Assembly (NCBI GenBank): GCA_041687695.1
Contig: JAWLBL010000007.1
Span: 96,001 to 160,000 of the forward strand
Direction of reading: 5' to 3'
From: Myxococcota bacterium
GTDB taxonomy: Bacteria > Myxococcota_A > UBA9042 > PHBI01 > JAWLBL01
Length of the DNA: 64,000 nt
In this document: piece by piece, positions 9,760 through 18,711 of the stretch
Numbering within the stretch: the stretch's first letter is position 1
Layout: the number at the start of each line of letters is the position of its first letter
Program-made: the position numbers and the translations under genes
The notes under the pieces: generated by a model
Database searches by the model: none
What the model saw: only the letters and a program-made list of their open reading frames with translations
Told to the model about the DNA's origin: nothing

Positions 9760-11600
9760 GAGCGCCTCCGGCGGCCGACGGTCGCCGCGCGGCCGACCAG
9801 CAGGCCCAGCGACAGGACCAGCAGCCACTCGAGGGCGCGCGGGCTGGCGCCGCAGCCGCCGACCTCGGGGCGGGCGTTGTCGAGCGAAGGCGCGGCGCCG
9901 GGCGGACGGATCTCCAGCTGCGCCGGCAGGCTGGGCGCGCCGGGCTGCGCCTTGTCGAGCAGGGCGTCGATCTCGGCGACCTGCTCGAGGTGGAAGCGGA
10001 TGGGGGCCCCCGACTCGTCGAGCACCTCGGGGAACTCGAGCGCGGGCGCGCCGGGGACCGGCGGGATGTCGAAGAAGGTGCAGCCGCCGTCCGCGCACGC
10101 CACGGTCTGGCTGTGGCCGTTGGGGTAGGTGCGCGTGTGGAACTGGTTGCAGGCGTCGTCCTGGAACTCGCGCACCCGCAGGGTGTTGAGCCGCGGCACG
10201 TCGGGCAGCTCGGGGTTGAAGGCGAACAGCGGGTCGCGGACCATCTCGTCGGGGTCGAGCATGGTGAAGAAGCGGGTGACGGTCAGGCCGTCGAGCATCG
10301 GCACGATCGACCCGAGCGGGGTCAGCACGGTCGCCTCGAGCCGGGCGTGCACGGCCGCGAGGTCGACTTCGACGGCCCCGTCACCCGTCGCCGCGCTCTT
10401 GGCGACCGCGACGTACGACGCCAGCCGGTCCTTCGGCGCCTCGGACGGCGCGCCCACGGGCTCGCAGTCGCCCTCGGGGTGGTCGGCGGGGTGCCAGCAC
10501 ACGAGATCGTCGAGCACGTCGACCACCATGGGCGCCTCCTCGACCAGGCTCTGGAGCGCCGAGGCCAGGGTGTGGAGCGTTTCGGCCTGTCGAATGTCGA
10601 GGAGCACCGCCGGCGAGACGACGGTGCCCTGGTCGAGCGGGACCACGCCCGACGACTCGGTCACCCAGGCGCGGCCGCTGGCCGTGTCGACGGCGTCCTT
10701 GATGACGTCGAAGTAGTTGGCGACGTTGGGCCAGTCGAGCGCCATCGGGTTGACGACGGCGTGGATGAAGTTCTTGGGCACGGCGCGGCCGTCGCCGGCG
10801 ACGAACACGGTGATGGGCATGTCGGGGGTGGCCGCGATGCCGGTCAGGCGCAGCGGCACGCAGGGGGCCTGCTCGCCGAAGGTGAGGGCGATGGGGCGGA
10901 GATCGCCCGTGCTCTTACCGCTCTGCAGTCGGATGCCCAGGAAGACGTAGCCCAGCCCGATGTAGTGTCCTAGCAGCTGCTTGGACGCGGGGTCCTGGTA
11001 GTAGCCGTTGGCGTTGAGCCAGTCGAACAGGGCGTCCGAGGACTTGGCTTCGAGGAGCTGGGCGTCGTAGGGGCCGACCCGCGCCGCTTCGACGACGTCG
11101 ACGCCGGGACGAGGAGCCGCCTGGGGCGGCGCGCCGAAGTCGCCGCCTCGGACGGAGCCCGCCTGGTCGGCGCAGCCGCCGAACTGGAAGTCACTGCACT
11201 CGTCGTTGCTGTCGAACTGGCTGTTCAGGTTGAACTGGGGCCGCGTCGCGCTGTCGAGGGCGTCGAAGAGCTTGGTCGACGACACGGTGACCGCCCGCTC
11301 GAGCGGCAGCGGCTGGCCCTGGGCGTCCTGCGGCAGCTCGGGCAGCGGCAGCAGCCACGCGAACTCGGTGGGCTCGCCCTCGTAGCGCACCTCGATGTGC
11401 ATGGTGACCAGCTCGCCGTGCTTGATGAACACGATGCGCTCGCCGGCCTGATAGATGGGCGACTGGGTGGCGGCGTTGCAGAAGAAGCCGCCGCAGGCGA
11501 GGGCGGGCTGCGGCGCCAGGAGGGCGGCCGACCACGCGGCGACGAGGGCGGCGAAGACGGCGGGTCCGGGGGCGCGGCGCAGGCCTTGCGTTCGCATCAT
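9756..11600 (-). CDS. DUF2330 domain protein with MYXO-CTERM-like tail (paralog 1)
   Basis: Same motifs as the neighbouring gene; ends EVGGCGAS..LEWLLVLSLGLLVG...RRRRS. Confidence 0.85.
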   Translation of the reverse strand: MMRTQGLRRAPGPAVFAALVAAWSAALLAPQPALACGGFFCNAATQSPIYQAGERIVFIKHGELVTMHIEVRYEGEPTEFAWLLPLPELPQDAQGQPLPLERAVTVSSTKLFDALDSATRPQFNLNSQFDSNDECSDFQFGGCADQAGSVRGGDFGAPPQAAPRPGVDVVEAARVGPYDAQLLEAKSSDALFDWLNANGYYQDPASKQLLGHYIGLGYVFLGIRLQSGKSTGDLRPIALTFGEQAPCVPLRLTGIAATPDMPITVFVAGDGRAVPKNFIHAVVNPMALDWPNVANYFDVIKDAVDTASGRAWVTESSGVVPLDQGTVVSPAVLLDIRQAETLHTLASALQSLVEEAPMVVDVLDDLVCWHPADHPEGDCEPVGAPSEAPKDRLASYVAVAKSAATGDGAVEVDLAAVHARLEATVLTPLGSIVPMLDGLTVTRFFTMLDPDEMVRDPLFAFNPELPDVPRLNTLRVREFQDDACNQFHTRTYPNGHSQTVACADGGCTFFDIPPVPGAPALEFPEVLDESGAPIRFHLEQVAEIDALLDKAQPGAPSLPAQLEIRPPGAAPSLDNARPEVGGCGASPRALEWLLVLSLGLLVGRAATVGRRRRS

Positions 11601-11714
11601 TCGTGTCTCTCCCCGAGCGCGGGATGGAAAGGGCGATGGCGCAGGATAGCGGTCGCCCCGGCCGGGTTCAATCGCGCACGCGCGGCGACTTCGAGGACGG
11701 CCCCAGGAACGCGA

Positions 11715-11778
11715 AGGCCCCGCCTCCGAGCCCGCTTCGAGGGGGGAGCCCTCGAAGCGGCGCGCGGTGGCGGGGCCT
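11715..11778 (-). terminator. GC-rich stem-loop downstream of vWA gene
   Basis: Inner CCGCTTCGAGGG/CCCTCGAAGCGG (11732-11760) nested in outer AGGCCCCGCC/GGCGGGGCCT; no strong U-tract. Confidence 0.55.
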
Positions 11779-11808
11779 GTGGTGCGCTCGGTCAGCGCGG
11801 GCGGGCGC

Positions 11809-12969
11809 TCAGAAGGTGAAGGCCTTCTGCGAGGCCGCCTTGCGGACCGACTTCTTGATGGCCTCGTCCAGCGAGCCCTTGCCCGCGGTCGTCTGCTCGG
11901 CCCGCTTGGCGGCGACGTACTTGTCGCGCTCGGCGCTGAGCTTGCGGATCTTCTCCTGGATCGCCGCGCGCTGCTTCTCGAGCTTGGCGATGTGGGCCTC
12001 GCGCTCGGCCGGCGTCATCTTGCGCATCTCCTCGGGCAGCTCCTCGGGCTTCATGTCCTTGACGGCCACCTTGCCCTTCTTCTTGGCGTCGACGAGGTCC
12101 CACCGCGAGTTGTCGTAGTGGGCCGACGACTTGGCCTGGGCGCGCTGCGTGGCGCTGCCCATGCCGGCGCTCTCGGCGTTGGCGTCCTGCTTGGCCTGCC
12201 GCTCGGCGGCGACCCGCCCCTCGCGGCCGTAGGCGACGTAGGTCTTGTTCAGCTCGACGCCGAGGCGCGCGATCTCGGCGTCCTGGGGCGCGGGGATGTG
12301 CACGACCTTCTGGTTGTGGTCGATGTTGAGGAAGCTGCCGTCGGCCAGCACGGCGCCGTCCTTCCAGCCCGTCGCCACACCGGTCCGCTCGTCGCCGCAG
12401 TGGATGGTGTTGACGCTGATGCCCTTGGCGATGGCCTCCTTGACGGCCCCGCGGTAGTCGACCGGCCCCTGGCTGAAGGGCTCGTTGCCCGCGATGAAGA
12501 TGACCTTCAGGTCGCGGTTGTCGGCCGACCACTGCAGCTCGCGCGTCGCCTTCTGGATGCTCTGGCCGCAGTACTCGCTGCCGCCGTTGGTGCGCAGGGC
12601 GAACAGCTCCTCGGAGATCTTGTCGAGGTCGGTCGTGAGCGGGACGATCATGCGGATGTAGCCCTCGCTCGCGGGCAGGCCGTCGTTGCCGTACTCGTAC
12701 AGGGCGACCTGCAGCTCGGGGCGCACCCCACCGCGGCGCGCCGTCGCGAAGTCGTTGACGACGGACCACAGCTGCGAGCGCGCCTGGTCGATGAGGCCGT
12801 CCATGCTGCCCGACGTGTCGAGGAGGATCGCCATCTGGATGAGCGGCTTCTTGTCGGCCTTCGGCACCTCGGCGCCCGGCGGGTGCGCGTGGGCGGCGCT
12901 CGTCAGCAGCAGGGCGGCGAGGATGGCGATGATCGAGAAGGTGCGTGGGCTGGGGCGCGTCGGGTGCAT
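11809..12969 (-). CDS. Secreted vWA domain protein with charged helical C-terminus
   Basis: AGGAG RBS; signal peptide; MIDAS LDTSGSM; TNGGSEYCG; IFIAGNEPF; K/E-rich coiled-coil tail. Confidence 0.85.
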   Translation of the reverse strand: MHPTRPSPRTFSIIAILAALLLTSAAHAHPPGAEVPKADKKPLIQMAILLDTSGSMDGLIDQARSQLWSVVNDFATARRGGVRPELQVALYEYGNDGLPASEGYIRMIVPLTTDLDKISEELFALRTNGGSEYCGQSIQKATRELQWSADNRDLKVIFIAGNEPFSQGPVDYRGAVKEAIAKGISVNTIHCGDERTGVATGWKDGAVLADGSFLNIDHNQKVVHIPAPQDAEIARLGVELNKTYVAYGREGRVAAERQAKQDANAESAGMGSATQRAQAKSSAHYDNSRWDLVDAKKKGKVAVKDMKPEELPEEMRKMTPAEREAHIAKLEKQRAAIQEKIRKLSAERDKYVAAKRAEQTTAGKGSLDEAIKKSVRKAASQKAFTF

Positions 12970-13085
12970 GGTCCGTCTCCTGGGGTGGGTCACGGCGCCT
13001 TGTGACGCGCGCCCTCCAGCTTCGATCTGAGCGGGCGCGACTTTTTTTCGCGCCTATGGCCCCGAGAGCGATCGAACGGCGACGG

Positions 13086-14126
13086 TCAGCCCAGCTTGTA
13101 GTGGAACGGCACCTGCACGGCGCGGCGATCCCACTCGAGCTCGGACGGCGGCCGCGGAACGCGTGTCACGCGGCGGACGGCCTCGAGCGCGGCCTCGTCG
13201 AGCACCCCGTGGCCCGACGAGCGCGCTATGCGAGCCTCGCGGACGTGGCCGTCGCCGTCGATGACCAGCTCGAGCACCACCGTGCCCTGCAGCCCCTGGC
13301 GGACGGCGGCGCGCGGGTAGGAGAAGTCGCGCTTGAGGGCCTTTCCGACCTGGCGGATGTACTTGCGGAGCAGGGCCCGCGCGTCGACGGTCGGCTGCTC
13401 GCCCACGCCGTCGCCCGGCCCTTCGCCGGTGCCGGCGCCGTCGCCCACCTGGTCGCCGCTGGGGACGCCGGTCCCGTCGGGCGCCCCGTCGGGCGTGCCG
13501 CCGTTGCCCTCGGGGTCGGCGTCGGGCGCGGTCGCGGCGGCGGTCTGCTCGGGCGCGGGCGGTGCCTCGGGCGCGGCGGTGGACGCGACGTCGTCGGCCT
13601 TGGTCGGCGCCAGCGGGGCGGGCTGCTTCTTGGCCGCGCGCTTGGGCTTGCCGCGCTTGGGCGGCTTGGGCGCCTTGGGTGGGTCGACCTTGGCGACGGC
13701 CGGTGGCGGCGCGGACGCACGCTGCGGGGGCTTGGCCACCGCGACCGCCTTGGCGGGCGGCTCGGCCGGCTTGGGCGCCTCGGGGGGCGGGGCGGGGGGG
13801 CGCACCTCGGCGCGGGGCAGCTCCTTGGGCGCCGGCGCCGCGTGCTCGACGCGCAGCACCTCGAGCACGCGGCGGTGCGCCTGGCGTCGCAGCTGGGTGC
13901 GGTCCTCCTCGGGGGCGAGGGCGGCGGCGGTCAGAAAGCCGGCGTGGACCAGGAGGGCGACGACGAAGGCGACGAGGCTGGCGTAGGTGTCGCGCCGCTG
14001 GGCGACGCTGCGGGGGTGGTGCCGCAGCGCGGCGCGCAGAGCGCGGCGGTCGCCGGCGTCGGGCGCGAGGTCCGGTCGCTCGATCTGATCGCGCTGGGTC
14101 GCGGTTGGCTGCTCGAGTGGCTGCAT
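13086..14126 (-). CDS. tonB: TonB family energy transducer
   Basis: TM helix with LLVHAG, Pro/Lys/Ala-rich linker, YPRAAVRQGLQGTV...SSGHGVLDEAAL C-terminal domain. Confidence 0.9.
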   Translation of the reverse strand: MQPLEQPTATQRDQIERPDLAPDAGDRRALRAALRHHPRSVAQRRDTYASLVAFVVALLVHAGFLTAAALAPEEDRTQLRRQAHRRVLEVLRVEHAAPAPKELPRAEVRPPAPPPEAPKPAEPPAKAVAVAKPPQRASAPPPAVAKVDPPKAPKPPKRGKPKRAAKKQPAPLAPTKADDVASTAAPEAPPAPEQTAAATAPDADPEGNGGTPDGAPDGTGVPSGDQVGDGAGTGEGPGDGVGEQPTVDARALLRKYIRQVGKALKRDFSYPRAAVRQGLQGTVVLELVIDGDGHVREARIARSSGHGVLDEAALEAVRRVTRVPRPPSELEWDRRAVQVPFHYKLG

Positions 14127-14184
14127 TCACCCACCTGTCGGGTCACGGACACTAGGGGATCGGATGTGCGCGCGCAAGGCTCTT

Positions 14185-14203
14185 GAAAGTGAAAGTCAAT
14201 AAC
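14185..14203. promoter_or_regulatory. Putative Fur box 1 (GAAAGTGAAAGTCAATAAC)
   Basis: 13/19 match to GATAATGATAATCATTATC by manual count; AT-rich island upstream of tonB. Confidence 0.55.
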
Positions 14204-14247
14204 GGCAATCGACCGACCCGGTCGCCTTTCCGGTTGACCTGCTTATC

Positions 14248-14266
14248 GATTTCGATTCTCAATATC
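14248..14266. promoter_or_regulatory. Putative Fur box 2 (reverse complement GATATTGAGAATCGAAATC)
   Basis: 14/19 match to Fur consensus on the minus strand; lies just downstream of a TTGACC -35-like hexamer (14234-14239). Confidence 0.65.
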
Positions 14267-14365
14267 GCCGCAAGCGGGCCCGGACGGCGAACTCCGGGGC
14301 CCGAAAACCTACGGCGATGCGCCCGGAGAACGATCTTGCGAAGCTTTGGATCACCATGGGGAACG

Positions 14366-15937
14366 ATGGGGCTCAAGGGAGCCCGTGGGGTCGTGGCGGC
14401 CGCGCTGCTGTTGGGCACCCCGGCCTGCGACGACGACGGCGAGGTGACGCCGACGACCGACACGCAGGTCGACACGGGCGCGGACGTCGATCCGGGCGAC
14501 ACGATCGACGGTGACGTCGCGGACGACGTCGGGCCGGACACCAGCGAGGACGTCGTCGAGCAGCGCCCGACGACCTACACCTTCCCGAGCAAGCCCGTGT
14601 CGGGCGCCGACAGCGTCGACTACGACGGCCAGGTGCTGCGGCAGGTGCTGCTGCAGAACCTCACGTCCTACATCGGCGGGCTGACGGCGGCGATCGACGG
14701 CGCCACCTTCGCCCCGACCCAGGAGGGCGAGGTCGTCGCGGCCCTCGACTTCTACTTCCGCTTCGACGGCGACTCCTACGGCGACGAGCCGCACGGCGTC
14801 TCGACCACCCCCGCGCCGCTGCAGTCGACCTACGCCGACGTCTCGGCCGGCCGCGACATCGTGGGCAAGCTGGCGGGCAACGACGCCGCGACCGATCACA
14901 AGGACTGGTCGACCGAGTTCGTCGGTTGGTCCGACGCGTCCATCGCCGCCCACGGCGGCTCCATCACCTCGCCCGAGGGGCTCGTCGTCGCCTTCTTCGA
15001 GACCCTCGAGGCCCAGGCCCTCGCGCGCGTCGACGGCGACATCCCGACCGGCACCGACGGCGCGCACCTGCCGGTGTACGTGACCCCCACCGGCCTCGAT
15101 CTGCAGCAGCTCATCCAGAAGACGCTGCACGGCGCCCTGTCGTTCTCGCAGGCCGCCGACGACTACCTGGACAGCGAGCACCCCGGCAAGGGGATCCTGG
15201 CCTCCAACGTGGCCGCCGAGGGCGCGAAGTACACGCCGCTGGGCCACGGCTGGGACGAGGGCTTCGGCTACTGGGGCGCCGCCCGCGACTACGCCGCCTA
15301 CTCGGACGAGGAGCTCGCCGGCAAGGGCGGCGACGCCGCGCGCAAGCTGGGCTACTTCGACACCGACGGCGACGGCGCCGTCGACCTCACCCAGGAGTTC
15401 AACTGGGGCGTCTCCACCAACGCGGCCAAGCGCGACCTCGGCAGCCACGCCGACGCCAAGACCGACTTCACCGGCGACCTGTGGAACGCCTTCCTCGAGG
15501 GCCGCTGGATCATCCACCAGGCCGACGGCGAGCTGACCCCCGACGAGCTGGCCGCGCTCGAGGCGCAGCGCGACATCGCCGTGCTGACCTGGGAGAAGGT
15601 CATCGCCGCGACGGTCGTCCACTACATCAACGACACGCTGAAGGAGATGGCGAAGTTCGACACGGACGCCTACAGCTTCGCCAAGCACGCCAAGGGCTGG
15701 TCCGAGATGAAGGGCTTCGCGCTGGCCTTCCAGTTCAACCCGGCCTCGCCGCTGTCGGACGCCGACTTCGCCAAGTTCCACCAGCTGGTGGGCGACGCGC
15801 CGGTCCTCGAGACCGCCTCGGCGGACGACATCGCGGCGTATGAGGCGGACCTCCTCGAGGCGCGGGCGCTGCTCGGAGCGGCGTATGAGTTCGCCGCGGC
15901 CAACCTTGGGGATGACAACGGCGCCGGCGGCTGGTAG
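14366..15937 (+). CDS. DUF4856-like lipoprotein, probably iron-regulated
   Basis: Lipobox GTPA-C; Asp-rich linker; VDYDGQVLR, GLDLQQLIQKTLHGA, HGWDEGFGYWG and HAKGWSEMKGF motifs; position before imelysin. Confidence 0.75.
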   Translation: MGLKGARGVVAAALLLGTPACDDDGEVTPTTDTQVDTGADVDPGDTIDGDVADDVGPDTSEDVVEQRPTTYTFPSKPVSGADSVDYDGQVLRQVLLQNLTSYIGGLTAAIDGATFAPTQEGEVVAALDFYFRFDGDSYGDEPHGVSTTPAPLQSTYADVSAGRDIVGKLAGNDAATDHKDWSTEFVGWSDASIAAHGGSITSPEGLVVAFFETLEAQALARVDGDIPTGTDGAHLPVYVTPTGLDLQQLIQKTLHGALSFSQAADDYLDSEHPGKGILASNVAAEGAKYTPLGHGWDEGFGYWGAARDYAAYSDEELAGKGGDAARKLGYFDTDGDGAVDLTQEFNWGVSTNAAKRDLGSHADAKTDFTGDLWNAFLEGRWIIHQADGELTPDELAALEAQRDIAVLTWEKVIAATVVHYINDTLKEMAKFDTDAYSFAKHAKGWSEMKGFALAFQFNPASPLSDADFAKFHQLVGDAPVLETASADDIAAYEADLLEARALLGAAYEFAAANLGDDNGAGGW

Positions 15938-16044
15938 CTGGAGCGCGCAGATCCTCACGATCGCCGGCCGGGGTTCGCCCCGGCCGGGATCGCACGATGG
16001 AGCGAGGGGCGCCCGTCGGGGCGCCGCTCCTATTGGAGCGAGCC

Positions 16045-17265
16045 ATGATGACAGTACGTTCGGTCGTCCGCGGCGGCATCGCCCTGCTGGCACTCGCGGC
16101 CGTCGCCTGCGGCGAGGGCGCCGCGACGAGCACCGACGCCAGCGGCGACGCGGCGCCCGTGACCGGGGCCGCCGTCAAGCGTGCCGCCCTCGAGAGCTGG
16201 GTCGCCAACGTCATCCAGCCGACCTACACCGAGTTCCGCGCCGCCGCGGCCGCGCTCGAGGCGGCGGCGGCCGACCTCGCCGAGGATCCGACCGACGCCC
16301 GTCGCGAGGCCGCCCAGGACGCCTGGCGCGCGGCCATGGTCGTCTGGCAGCGCGCCGAGGTCTTCCAGTTCGGCCCGGCCGGCGTCATGGGCAAGGTGCA
16401 GGGCGGAGAGGATCTGCGCGACGCCATCTACTCGTGGCCGCTGGTCAACCGCTGCCGCGTCGACCAGGAGACCGCCGAGCAGAGCTACGTCGACGTCGCG
16501 GGCTTCGCCTCCGAGCCGGTCAACGTCCGCGGCCTCGACGCCCTCGAGTACCTCCTGTGGAACGAGGACGCCGGCAACGCCTGCGCCCCGAACAGCACGC
16601 TCAACACCTCGGGCGCCTGGGCGGCCCTGTCGGCGGCCGAGGTCACGGCGCGTCGGGCCGCCTACGCGCACACGCTGTCGCAGCTGCTCGTCGGACACGC
16701 CGACGCGCTCGTCGCCGCCTGGCAGGTCGCGCCGGGCACCTTCGGGACCGAGCTGGTCACGGCCGGGGAGGGCAGCGCCGCCTTCATGAACCTGCAGGAG
16801 GCGCTGAACGCGGTCTCCGACGCGCTGTTCTACGTGGACCAGCAGACCAAGGACGCCAAGCTGGCGCGTCCGGCCGGGCTGGCCAACTGCGCAGAGGCGA
16901 CCTGCCCCGACGCGGTCGAGTCTCCGTTCGCGCGCGCCTCCAAGGAGCAGATCCTTGCGAACCTGCGCGGGTTCCAGGCCTTCTACCTGGGCGCCCCGGC
17001 TGGCGAGGAGGGCACCGGGTTCGACGACATCCTGGTCGCCGTCGGCGCCGAGACCCTGGCCGCCGACATGGCCACGCGCATCGAAGACGCCATCACGGCC
17101 GTGGCGGCCATCCCGGGGACGCTGACCGAGGCGCTCGCGGCCGATCGCGACGCCGTGGTCGCGGCCCACGCGGCCGTCAAGGGCGTGACGGATCTCCTCA
17201 AGACCCAGTTCCTGAGCGTGCTCGACCTCGAGCCGCCGGCCTCGGCGGCCAGCGACAACGACTGA
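16045..17265 (+). CDS. Imelysin family (peptidase M75-like) lipoprotein
   Basis: Lipobox AVA-C; AQDAWR, FQFGP, RGLDALEYLL, KDAKLARPAG, VESPFA, C-terminal SDND. Confidence 0.85.
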   Translation: MMTVRSVVRGGIALLALAAVACGEGAATSTDASGDAAPVTGAAVKRAALESWVANVIQPTYTEFRAAAAALEAAAADLAEDPTDARREAAQDAWRAAMVVWQRAEVFQFGPAGVMGKVQGGEDLRDAIYSWPLVNRCRVDQETAEQSYVDVAGFASEPVNVRGLDALEYLLWNEDAGNACAPNSTLNTSGAWAALSAAEVTARRAAYAHTLSQLLVGHADALVAAWQVAPGTFGTELVTAGEGSAAFMNLQEALNAVSDALFYVDQQTKDAKLARPAGLANCAEATCPDAVESPFARASKEQILANLRGFQAFYLGAPAGEEGTGFDDILVAVGAETLAADMATRIEDAITAVAAIPGTLTEALAADRDAVVAAHAAVKGVTDLLKTQFLSVLDLEPPASAASDND

Positions 17266-17271
17266 GCGCGC

Positions 17272-18711
17272 ATGACCCGAGACGGAACTCGCCTCCAGCG
17301 TCTCCTAGCCCGCGCGGCCCACCCGGTCGACGCGGGTTCGCTCGTCGCCTTCCGGGTGGCCTTCGGGCTGCTCATGGCGGTCGCGGCGGCGCGCTTCGTC
17401 GCGAGCGGCTGGATCGAGGCCTTCTTCGTCGAGCCGCGCTTCTTCTTCAAGTTCTGGGGGGCCGGCTGGGCCGCGGTCCCGCCCGCCGAGGTCATCTACG
17501 CCATGTTCGGCGTCATGGCCCTGGCGGCGGTCGGCTTCGCCCTGGGCGTGTTCTACCGCGCCTGTCTGGCCGTCTTCCTGGTCCTGTTCACGGCCGTCGA
17601 GCTCTTCGACGTCACCAACTACCTCAACCACTACTACCTGGTGAGCCTGCTCGGGCTCATCCTGTTCGTCCTGCCGCTCGGCCGCGCCTGGTCCGTCGAC
17701 GCGTGGCGCCGCCCCGACCGCGCCATCACCCACGTCCCGGCCTGGATGGTGTGGCTCGTGCGCTTCCAGGTCGCCGTGGTCTACACCTACGCCGCCGTCG
17801 CCAAGATGAGCGAGGACTGGCTGGTGCACGCGCAGCCGCTGAACCTGTGGCTGCACGCCCGCAGCGACTTCCCGCTGCTGGGCCCGTGGTTCGAGCGCTG
17901 GGACGTTGCGCTGGCCATGAGCTGGGCCGGGTTCCTGCACGATCTTTTGGTCGCGCCGCTGCTGCTGTGGCGCCGCAGCCGGCCTTGGGCCTACGTGATG
18001 CTCCTCGGCTTCCACGGCCTCACGGGGGCGCTGTTCAACATCGGCCTTTTCCCCTTCATCATGACCCTCGCCGCGACCACCTACTTCGAGCCCGACTGGC
18101 CGCGGCGGGTGGCCGCCCGCCTGCGCCGGGTGCTCGGGCGTCCCGCGGCCGAGGCGCCCCCCGTCCGGCTGCCGCAGCTGCCGACGGGCTGGCGGCGCAC
18201 CCTGGGCGTGTCGACCCTGGCCGCGTACGCCGCGCTGCAGGTCCTGATGCCGCTGCGGTCGCTGGCCTACCCGGGCCCGGTCATCTGGCGCGAGGAGGGG
18301 ATGCGCTTTTCGTGGAAGGTGCTGGTCCGCGAAAAGAGCGGCAGCGTGACCTACCGCGTGCGCGAGCCGAGCGGCCGCGAGCACCTGGTGTCGCCCGCCC
18401 AGTACCTGACGCGCCGTCAGGAGCGCGAGATGTCCGGCCAGCCGGACCTCATCGTGCAGCTCGCCCACCACGTCGCGGCCGACTTCCGGGCGCGCGGCTT
18501 CGGCGAGGTCGAGGTCCGGGCCGAGGCCCTGGTGTCCATGAACGGCCGCGCGCCGTCCCCGCTCGTCGACCCCGAGGTCGACCTCGCCAGGGTCACGCCC
18601 GGCCTCGCCGTCGCCGACTGGATTCTGCCCGCCCCCACCACCGCGCCGCCCCGACTCGGCGCGCGCCCTTCCGCTCCACCGGGCCCCCCGCCCGACGAGG
18701 TCTCCCCATGA
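17272..18711 (+). CDS. HTTM domain protein, vitamin K-dependent gamma-carboxylase homolog
   Basis: [71 protein letters not shown]...LVDPEVDL. Confidence 0.88.
   Translation: MTRDGTRLQRLLARAAHPVDAGSLVAFRVAFGLLMAVAAARFVASGWIEAFFVEPRFFFKFWGAGWAAVPPAEVIYAMFGVMALAAVGFALGVFYRACLAVFLVLFTAVELFDVTNYLNHYYLVSLLGLILFVLPLGRAWSVDAWRRPDRAITHVPAWMVWLVRFQVAVVYTYAAVAKMSEDWLVHAQPLNLWLHARSDFPLLGPWFERWDVALAMSWAGFLHDLLVAPLLLWRRSRPWAYVMLLGFHGLTGALFNIGLFPFIMTLAATTYFEPDWPRRVAARLRRVLGRPAAEAPPVRLPQLPTGWRRTLGVSTLAAYAALQVLMPLRSLAYPGPVIWREEGMRFSWKVLVREKSGSVTYRVREPSGREHLVSPAQYLTRRQEREMSGQPDLIVQLAHHVAADFRARGFGEVEVRAEALVSMNGRAPSPLVDPEVDLARVTPGLAVADWILPAPTTAPPRLGARPSAPPGPPPDEVSP

Noticed and set aside
15840..18707. Apparent 1736-aa TonB receptor with a huge N-terminal extension
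   Set aside because: The extension is Arg/Pro-rich off-frame read-through over the imelysin and HTTM genes; a real signal peptide begins at ATG 18708
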